From IMG/VR virus record IMGVR_UViG_3300035208_001992: a stretch of 64,000 nt of DNA. One strand, written 5' to 3'. The notes under the pieces are model-generated. The model was not told the origin of the DNA. It worked only from the letters and a program-made list of their open reading frames with translations, and did no database searches. Of this stretch, positions 36,672 to 45,300 are shown one piece after another (position 1 is the stretch's first letter; each line of letters starts with the position of its first letter). The position numbers and the translations under genes were made by a program. This DNA comes from a virus. Taxonomy: Duplodnaviria > Heunggongvirae > Uroviricota > Caudoviricetes.

Positions 36672-39600
36672 TTATCCCAGTGAAATGCGCGCGGCAGTGA
36701 CTCTGATTCGCTGGTGCTCTAACGCACGAACGATCTGTCGGTTTTGCCGCAAGTCAAGGTTGTTCAACGGCGTATTCCAACCTAGATTTCCAACTGCAGT
36801 GTTTCGATCGTATCCGCACTCTTTCCAAGTCACGCGATGATTTGCAACTTGTAGTCCAGAGCCTACTCCGATAACAGTTCCGCCAGTAAGCACTGCGTCA
36901 ACTTGCGTACGCACTTTGACAAGCGTTGCATACATCGTATTCGTCCAAATGACGTTGTCATCTCGCGTTTCAATTACGCCAACAATTACGCCAACAAGTA
37001 AGCGACCATCAGAAGGCTCGAACGAAATAGCTTCAGCTGAAATCGCGCGTGTTGCTGGATTGAACCAGACAGCATACGCGCTGTTGTCAGGAACTGTAAG
37101 TGCGACTGCGTCAAAACCGGTTGCGACTTGACGCAAAACGAAATCTGTACCGATCAAGATAGGATCGTGACAACGAATGCGCGAGAACGTTGCGTTAGCA
37201 GTATAGCTTAGCAAATCAGTGAGCTGCTTACGCGCGTGCTTAGTGCTACCAGTTCTGCGAACGCGAACTTCACGCGTGCCAGTGATTGGCGTCAATGTTG
37301 TCAGCGATGTCTCAACGCCATCTACAACTGCAGACAATGCAATACCACCAACTCGCCCAGACAGCTTAAGCGCGATTTGCTTGCTGTTTGATGACAGCGT
37401 AAGACGCGTTGGAGCAGCACCAGAAGAGTAAAGCTCAAGATACACTGGATACGCTCCAGGTCTGTCAGACGGAACGAACATACGTAGTGACACGCCAGTC
37501 TGCACGTCTGAAGAATCGTTGAGCTGGCTGCTTGCGTCAGCTAAGAACAATGTGATCGTTGGCAGTGTTGCCTGATTAACATTGCTCTCTGGATACGTCA
37601 TCAACGCTAAGAAGTCTGTCGTGAGTTTGATCTCAACATCGAAATCTTGTTCAACATTGATGACACCTGGCAGCGCAGCAGCGAATAATCCGTCAACGCG
37701 CGTCGACATGAGAGCTTCATTGAAACCTATGATGGCAGGCGGATTGATCGGCACAGGGAACGATCCGTCAGTCAACATGCTGTGACGCAACAACCTAGCG
37801 CTGCTTGGATCACGGAAGTCGATTGATGTGCTTTGTTGGACTGAAACTGCTGTGCGTGAGCATATGATTGATCCAGGAGCCAATCGCAGTTTTCCGCTTG
37901 TAGCAGTTGTAGTGATCACACATGGTATCACAACAGGTGTGCTATCGCTGAATCCAGACATTGCGTCAGGATTGACTAAGCCTTCAATAGACCATAGCAT
38001 GCCGCTAACAAAGTCGCCGCTAGTCTCTGTTGACGTTCCAGTTCCATCTGTGAGTGAGATTGATCCAGTTGTAATTGAGATCGTCAACGTATTCGATCCA
38101 TCTGCAATAAGTATCGCACCAGACGTGACAACTTCAGCAGATGGTGCAGCACCATGGTTTGTGCGTGTACGCACTATGCTAGTTTGCCGTGTCGTTGTGT
38201 TGATCACGTACTTGTAAGTCACGCTGCAAATACGTGCCGTGATTGAGATCGAGAACAGCGTGACTGTTTTGCCAGTCGGCAACAGCGTAGAAGGATATGT
38301 CCAAGCGAATGCGCACGTTGCAGCAGTATAACTGAGCCTTGACCAGAACAATGTTGGAGCATTCAACCAGTTGAAGCCGCTGAAGACGTTGTACGCGCCA
38401 ACTGCATCTGTTGAGTCCCAGAGACTTAGCTGTTGCGCTTCGCCATTGACTGTTGCAGCGACTTTAGTTGGCGTAGCATTGCTTCCAACAGTCACATCAA
38501 TCAATGACGCGCCAAGTCGAGACGTAAGTGCAGTGCGTTGAGCAGCAATATGATAGTGGTAATTCACGTCATCAAGCGACGTGACAACTTCAGTCACTTC
38601 ATACTCTGGCAGCACATCAAGCTTTGCGATGTCAGACGACACCCCGTTGCGATAAGCAATGACCTTGAGCGTACCGTTACTTGGCACAGTCACAGGACCA
38701 GAAACAGTTGAACTGCTTGCAGTCGGCGTCGATCCGTCTACTGTGTAGTGCAGTGACGAGTTAGGACCATTTGGATTCACAGGCAAAATCGACGCGCTTA
38801 TCGAAGCAACAGACGTCTTTGGCAATATCGGTTGACGCTGATAGAAGCTCATGCTTTGGTTCAAACCAATCGCATATAATGATCGATCAGTTGTGAGAAC
38901 TCGAGCTTCTACTGTGTGCGCTTGCGCGTCGAACGGAATCGAAATCGTTGGGGGCGTTGCTGATTCAGCGGCAACGCCATCAATCGTCAGCACATGAATC
39001 AAAGGACTCGTATTGCTAGTTTCGTAATTGAAACCGGTTACAACGTCGTCATTAGCTCTAGCTGGTATGTTTATGTTGAACAGGATTGAGAAATAAAACC
39101 AAACATCTATTGATGACGAGTTAGACACTTGGCCTGACGCAACGTGTTTCATCACAGCGATAAGCGGATTATTGATCTGATAATCGCTTGGAACTCCAGG
39201 TCCTGGCATGACAGGATACGAATTGAACGGCAGCATTGAGCCTGGAGACCAAATCAAAGCTGTTGGACTCGTCGCTGGATCACTGTTGTCGAGCGTATAA
39301 AGAATCTGGAATGTTCCATCAGTCGGTTCGTCTTTCCAATGAATTTCAACTGCGTCGAACGCGTCTATGTAGTCTCGTGGCGTGCCATCCTCAGACGTGA
39401 AAACTGGTGGAGTTAGCGCAAAAGAGTACGTTTCGCTTGCGACTGGCGCTCGTTCTCCAGTAGAGTCACTCGCGTACGCTGCCTTCACAGTGACACTTGT
39501 ATTTAGGGCCAATGGATCGCCAACAACAAATGGATTCACATACGGTGTTCCAGTTGGTGGAATCGGCGTCAATCCGATGACAGCCAAATTCAATCCGGAA

Positions 39601-41114
39601 AGATACAGTGCACTGTCGACAACGCGCATGTCAAACATGTCCCAGATGCTAGGCAAGCTCAATACGCTTTGGATGTTAGTCACTATGACAGTCGCAACAC
39701 CAGTTGCCGGATCTATTGAATAGACGTTATTACCATTGTACTGCGTGTATTCAAGCGCATACAGTTTTGTTCCATCATTACATATACGGTGATAGCTCGA
39801 CGTCCATGTGTACGTCACTGATCCTGTGGCACAGTCAACCCCACGGATCTCTGAGAAATTCGTCATCTTCATGTACATGATACCGTTTAGGTACGTCATA
39901 TGTTCTGGATAGTCGTCAGGCATCGAGCAAACGAGTGTTAAGCTTGCATCGTCAGTGTTGATTGAATACAGTCCAAGCCACGATAAGAACACGTACAATG
40001 TAGTTCCGCTTGATTCGATCGCAATGTACTGCCTGTCAGCAGGCCCGATTGGCGTAAGAACTGGCGTTGTAGCATTAGGATCGGCCCATGACAACGCGCG
40101 CATGTTAGTCTGATCAACATAATAGATTCGGTTGTTGTGCCAAGTCATCAATTCTGGGACGTGAACGCTGGCAACTGATACAACAGATGTCATCACGCCT
40201 GTCGAGCGATTGACTAAATACGTTTCTCCATAGCCGCCAATGTTACCTGATACATAGAGCTCTGGCGCCCTCGAACAGATGAATCGAGTGTCACTTGTTG
40301 CGATGTGACTTGGCGCAGGCAAACTGGAACCTTGTGGATCCGCTCCGTCTGTTGTGTAACGCAGCGTCCAGCCTGCAGGTAAGTCAACCGGTGGCGTAAG
40401 TGTCACAGTGACAGGCCTGTTCACTGTCTTCGACAGTGGCGTAATCAATGGCACAGGTCGCGTGTCGATCTCGCCAGCAGCCAAGAACGCAATCGCTTGC
40501 GCATCTGTAAGTTCATCTGCTACAGTTAGTGGTCCAACTGCAAGTGTCAAGCCATAGCCAGTGTCACGATTGAGCGCACCAATTTGATTTCGCTTGAGCG
40601 AATCCCATGTATTGGCCCAGCCTGTACGATACACAGTGCCAGTTGGACTCTTGATTGCCATTGCGACAAGACTAGAACTGTCGTTCTCGATCACGCGCTT
40701 GAAAAACGTGACTTTATATATCACATCCGGTGGAATGATTTGTCCATAGAAATCGCCAGTGGCATCTCCACGAGCTGTTACTATGACGCTGTTGTAGTTG
40801 CTCCAGGCTAGTTGGAATCCACTAAAGTCGTAGCGATAGCAAATTGCAGGGCACGACGCGTTTGACGCATAGTTCCAAATACAGAACAACATCTGAGAAC
40901 TATTGCGCATGTCAAGGTCGAAGGACAGTGCATAGCTTCCATGATAGTTGTCGGTGCCGAACTGGTACGGACTGCCAAGGAAGTCTTTGTTTACCGCAGA
41001 TCCTTCAGGCATGCGCAGGAGACCACCGCTTGTATACGGGCTGCCGTTGTCGATGCCATATGGCTGGCTGTCCGACGCAAGCGTGTAATTCCAGTTCTCA
41101 GTGTAGATTCTCAT
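36672..41114 (-). CDS. tail fibre/receptor-binding-like protein, 1480 aa (Fn3-associated repeats, beta-propeller)
   Basis: Three YT.D..DP/TP repeats; the N-terminal ~200 aa are paralogous to 42313..48213. Confidence 0.7.
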   Translation of the reverse strand: MRIYTENWNYTLASDSQPYGIDNGSPYTSGGLLRMPEGSAVNKDFLGSPYQFGTDNYHGSYALSFDLDMRNSSQMLFCIWNYASNASCPAICYRYDFSGFQLAWSNYNSVIVTARGDATGDFYGQIIPPDVIYKVTFFKRVIENDSSSLVAMAIKSPTGTVYRTGWANTWDSLKRNQIGALNRDTGYGLTLAVGPLTVADELTDAQAIAFLAAGEIDTRPVPLITPLSKTVNRPVTVTLTPPVDLPAGWTLRYTTDGADPQGSSLPAPSHIATSDTRFICSRAPELYVSGNIGGYGETYLVNRSTGVMTSVVSVASVHVPELMTWHNNRIYYVDQTNMRALSWADPNATTPVLTPIGPADRQYIAIESSGTTLYVFLSWLGLYSINTDDASLTLVCSMPDDYPEHMTYLNGIMYMKMTNFSEIRGVDCATGSVTYTWTSSYHRICNDGTKLYALEYTQYNGNNVYSIDPATGVATVIVTNIQSVLSLPSIWDMFDMRVVDSALYLSGLNLAVIGLTPIPPTGTPYVNPFVVGDPLALNTSVTVKAAYASDSTGERAPVASETYSFALTPPVFTSEDGTPRDYIDAFDAVEIHWKDEPTDGTFQILYTLDNSDPATSPTALIWSPGSMLPFNSYPVMPGPGVPSDYQINNPLIAVMKHVASGQVSNSSSIDVWFYFSILFNINIPARANDDVVTGFNYETSNTSPLIHVLTIDGVAAESATPPTISIPFDAQAHTVEARVLTTDRSLYAIGLNQSMSFYQRQPILPKTSVASISASILPVNPNGPNSSLHYTVDGSTPTASSSTVSGPVTVPSNGTLKVIAYRNGVSSDIAKLDVLPEYEVTEVVTSLDDVNYHYHIAAQRTALTSRLGASLIDVTVGSNATPTKVAATVNGEAQQLSLWDSTDAVGAYNVFSGFNWLNAPTLFWSRLSYTAATCAFAWTYPSTLLPTGKTVTLFSISITARICSVTYKYVINTTTRQTSIVRTRTNHGAAPSAEVVTSGAILIADGSNTLTISITTGSISLTDGTGTSTETSGDFVSGMLWSIEGLVNPDAMSGFSDSTPVVIPCVITTTATSGKLRLAPGSIICSRTAVSVQQSTSIDFRDPSSARLLRHSMLTDGSFPVPINPPAIIGFNEALMSTRVDGLFAAALPGVINVEQDFDVEIKLTTDFLALMTYPESNVNQATLPTITLFLADASSQLNDSSDVQTGVSLRMFVPSDRPGAYPVYLELYSSGAAPTRLTLSSNSKQIALKLSGRVGGIALSAVVDGVETSLTTLTPITGTREVRVRRTGSTKHARKQLTDLLSYTANATFSRIRCHDPILIGTDFVLRQVATGFDAVALTVPDNSAYAVWFNPATRAISAEAISFEPSDGRLLVGVIVGVIETRDDNVIWTNTMYATLVKVRTQVDAVLTGGTVIGVGSGLQVANHRVTWKECGYDRNTAVGNLGWNTPLNNLDLRQNRQIVRALEHQRIRVTAARISLG

Positions 41115-42316
41115 TTGGTCTTATCCTGACGCGGAATTAGTTCGAGACCTTTTGACAGATCGTTTCCATTTACTGCTACTGCAATCCAATCCATCTGTGA
41201 CTTAGCCCAGAAGCATTGCTTTCCAAGATCTTCTCGATCGCCGCTGTACTTGATTGCTGGTATGCCACCGCGGTATCGAAGTGTTCCAGTCAACAGCAGT
41301 TTTATGGCCTCAGGAACGAATGGCTCGTCGTACAACGCGGCAACGCGCGTCAATAGCGCGCTTCCATCGATTTGTGTGGCGGTCTCAAGAAAGCCAAGAT
41401 CGAAGGCGTTCTCGGTAAGACGCCGTAGGCCAGTAAGAACAGTTGCGTCAGCTGTTAGCGTCTGATCAACGCATCTCGCAGCTAGCTGCATGTCTTTGCG
41501 TGTTACCTGCAACAAATGTTCTTGATTCGTGTGATTGCGCTTATGCCAGATATGAGTCACGTAGCTCTTGCGATCAAGCGCAACAACTTCATTGCCAGTC
41601 CTGAACATCGTCAAGCCAACGAAACCGTCTTCACCACCCCAACGCCCATCGAAGCTTGAGTTGAACACACGATTTTCATCGCCATCTAGTATCCCGTTTA
41701 CACGTCGGCATACGTCGATTGCAGCTAAGTTCATGCCAAGGTTGCAGCTCCAGCAAATCCATGAGCGCTCGAATACAAGCGGATTCAATACGAGACGATC
41801 GAAGCAGGATCCAAACACTAAGTGCTTGCACCAACTTGCGTTCAACCGTAGATCGTCTTGGACGTCGAGACCAAGCGTCTTCCAGCCAAGCAACGGGAAA
41901 TCAGGCGTCTGTCCTTCCGGCAATGTTTCATAGCGCAAGCCGCAGGTTATACGTGGCTGTTCAACAGCAAGCTGCAAAGCATGACGCTCAACTAGACTTG
42001 GCGACGGTATGCAATCACCATCGCTGAACAGGAATGGCCCGTTCAAGTTGTTAGCCAGTGCGTAATGAATACCAACATCACGTGTTCGACCGGCGCCAAA
42101 GCCATGCATGCTCGAATCTGCTGTATCAGTGACATGCAAATCGCAGCCAATAGTCTTGAATGCAGCAATGAAAGTTGCTGCGATTTGGGCAGACTCATCA
42201 GCGCATCGATCGCATACGAGGACAATAGCTTTAGGTGCTATAGTCTGCTTGACATATGCTGTCAATACTGGATAGAGGTTCTTCGCCTGGTTGTGAATCG
42301 GTATGATGACGATCAT
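41111..42316 (-). CDS. GT2-family (GT-A fold) glycosyltransferase
   Basis: VIIPIHNQ, FLFSDGDCIP (DxD), WSCNLG, FDGRWGGED, HIWH. Confidence 0.9.
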   Translation of the reverse strand: MIVIIPIHNQAKNLYPVLTAYVKQTIAPKAIVLVCDRCADESAQIAATFIAAFKTIGCDLHVTDTADSSMHGFGAGRTRDVGIHYALANNLNGPFLFSDGDCIPSPSLVERHALQLAVEQPRITCGLRYETLPEGQTPDFPLLGWKTLGLDVQDDLRLNASWCKHLVFGSCFDRLVLNPLVFERSWICWSCNLGMNLAAIDVCRRVNGILDGDENRVFNSSFDGRWGGEDGFVGLTMFRTGNEVVALDRKSYVTHIWHKRNHTNQEHLLQVTRKDMQLAARCVDQTLTADATVLTGLRRLTENAFDLGFLETATQIDGSALLTRVAALYDEPFVPEAIKLLLTGTLRYRGGIPAIKYSGDREDLGKQCFWAKSQMDWIAVAVNGNDLSKGLELIPRQDKTK

Positions 42317-45300
42317 GAGACTCGTGTCTCCTGCGCGCGTGTAGTTTGACCAGACAGCGGCGTGGATCCAGGGAATACAACAATGAATTGACCAGACGTT
42401 TGCGCAGCATCACCAGTCTCGTCGATTGAACGAACTGTCCAAGCATAGCGGCCAGGCTTTGTGAACGTGCGATTCACAACGCTTGTGGTAGCTGTGAAAT
42501 CATCATTGAATGTCCATAAATATGACACGTTGTTTCCGCCTGTTGCTACTGCAGTGAACGTAGCTTGCACGCCAGGCGTAACAGAAGATGGTGCTGCAAC
42601 GGCGAGTGATAAGCGATCAGACACTGTGAATGAGTGCGGGATAGTCTCACCAAGAGACCGTGATTCACCATCTGAACCATACCGCGCGAACTTGACAGTG
42701 TATGTGCCTGGGTCTAACACGCGTTCTATGTCGTCAGACACTGTGGCTTTTACTGTGTACTCATAGCCGTCACTGAAGATCATCTTCCAGAATGTTGGCG
42801 CGCTGCCAAACATTGGAATTGCTGGCAACTGTGCCTTATCGAATTGCACATAGACATGTCTTGGAATCGACGCGTTGATTGTAGCATAATCTGTTGTCTG
42901 ATGCGAGAACTCGATCATGCGTACTGGCGATCTGCCATCGTATGCAAAACTGCCGTCTATCATAGCTACAGGCTCATTGACATTTATGGCATTCAAAAAA
43001 GAGATCGAAGGCAGTGCAATGATTGTAGCTGCGTTGTCAACAGTCAAGACACCTTCATCCAACGAAGAACTCATTGGTGTAAGGTTGCTGCTGCGCTTAT
43101 ATAGAACTTGATCGCCGGCCTTATAGTACAGCGCAGCAGCATTTGGATTCTGCGCTGGACTCCACTTCAATGGAACCATGCCGTTGCTCTCAGGATACGA
43201 ACCGACAGCATAGTTCTCAACAGGTACATCGTTGTTGTCTGTCAACACAGGTGCAGCAGGAGGCGTTGGCGTTCCGTAGTCGAAGCAGTTGTCTAACTCG
43301 CTCGCAGTCAATCCAGCATAGCCGCGCACAAAGCCAGCACTAGTGACTTCATTATGCCCGTTGTTCTCTTGCACGCGACGTTGACGCATGATTATTCGAG
43401 GACGTGGCAGTTGAGCAGGCGTTGGCCCGCAATCGACCCAGCCTGTATCAAAGATCGGCGCGTTGAGTTCTGTTTCTGGCATCAACATCGTGCGCAACAG
43501 CATGCGGCCAGCAGCAATTTTGCGGCCGCAATGCCATACAGGACGTCCGAACGCTGAGATGTAAATAGGTATGCTCAACGCAACAGGTGTCCAAGTCGAC
43601 GTATTGAAAAGCTGCACGTACGATATTGGCGTTGTGTTGTTCTTAATGTACTCGCATAGCCGCGATGATACGCAACTCTCTGTGACGTCTGTTACGAGCA
43701 CGACATCGTTTATTGCAGCTCGATCTGTGTCCCATCCACAGAAAATGGAGTTGTCAGTTCTGCCTGCTTCTGTAGCTGTCTGCCGTCTAAATCTGAACCA
43801 AGCATTGCCATTGTCGAACGTGTCGTACGGGAAATCGAATTGATGCTCGCGGAAGCGATGAAGCAATTCGTTTGTTAGTACTGGAGCACGCATTGTAGCT
43901 TCGGTTGGATCTCCATACACGTCACCTGTCATGCCGTTCACTCTAAGCTTGACGTCTAAATACGTGTATGCGCGAAGCAATGATGTCCAATCGAAATAGA
44001 CATCCGATAGACTACGCTTGATATTCCAAGACCCATACTCAGTGCAGATCTTTGAGCCATGCCCAATTTTCGATGCTATCCTGAACAAGCTGGAAGAACT
44101 TGCGACACTGCTCACAATCATTACGCGTCCAACTATATCAACTGGCAATGGATCGAATGACGCGTCTGTTGTGCTGTTGTACGGCACAACGTTGAACGCT
44201 TCGCCTGGAGATGTAGCGTACAACGATGTGATAGCTTGACCGACAATTCCTGGAGTGACAGTCACAGTTGCACCAGCAAAATTCATGTTGCTTGGACCAC
44301 TGATTTCAATAGTGCCTGGCATCACCCATGGATAGCTTTGCGCTGGCTCTCCGCCAGTCACCACCATGGCTTGTATTTGCTGCACGGTATACGCAGCTAT
44401 GCCTTCTCCTGTGAACGATAACGTTGTTAGCTCGTCGACTCCAATCACTGTTGGCTCAGCTGTTAAAAGCTGTTCAACAACAAGTGAGTCTATAGCGTCA
44501 TAGCCACGCACTATTATGTTGACAAGCAAGCCACGAGCAAATTTCACTGTGACTCGCATGTATGTAGCGCTGTTTGCGTCATATGTTGGCGCTGTTGCAA
44601 CGTCAGGTACTATGCCAAAGTAGTTGCCAACGCGAGCCAAGTGCCGAGACACTCCAGGCATTTTCAATCTGAAATCGCCTGCTATAGTGAAACCAACAAA
44701 TACTCCCTCGTATTCACCGTATTCATTGAATACAGCCACGCCACAGAAAGCTGGCAGCACGTCAGAACGTAATGTGACTCCATCACCAGCTGCATCATTG
44801 ACTGTCACAGAATTGTTTGGTGCGTCGAATGTTGCGTTGTTAGTAACATTCCAAAAACGCTGTGAGCACACGTTGTCAATCGGTGAACACAACACGTTGT
44901 AACCAGTCAAAATTGACCAAGCTGAGCCGTCACTTGCGTGCAGAACTTCCCAGAACCTTGCGTACTTTGTCACCGACGATGTAGCTCCGATAAATGCTTT
45001 GGCCGCTACTTGCGTTGAAGCTCTCAAGAACAATGGACCAGTATACAAATCTGACGATTCAGTCGGCTCTGATCCATCGAGTGTGTATCGAATTTGAGCA
45101 TTGGCGTCCGTGCAACTGATCTTGACCTGCATTGCTGTGCCTGTATCAATCGATCCGCTACGCGGCGCTATCTCAGGAATCGGTACAACAGTTGTTGGAC
45201 CAACATACTGCGTGATCATCTGGCTGATTTCGCGATTGTAGCTCACAGCGCGCAACACACTCGGGTCAGCGACAACCATCGATACAGGCGTTCCAAGAGT

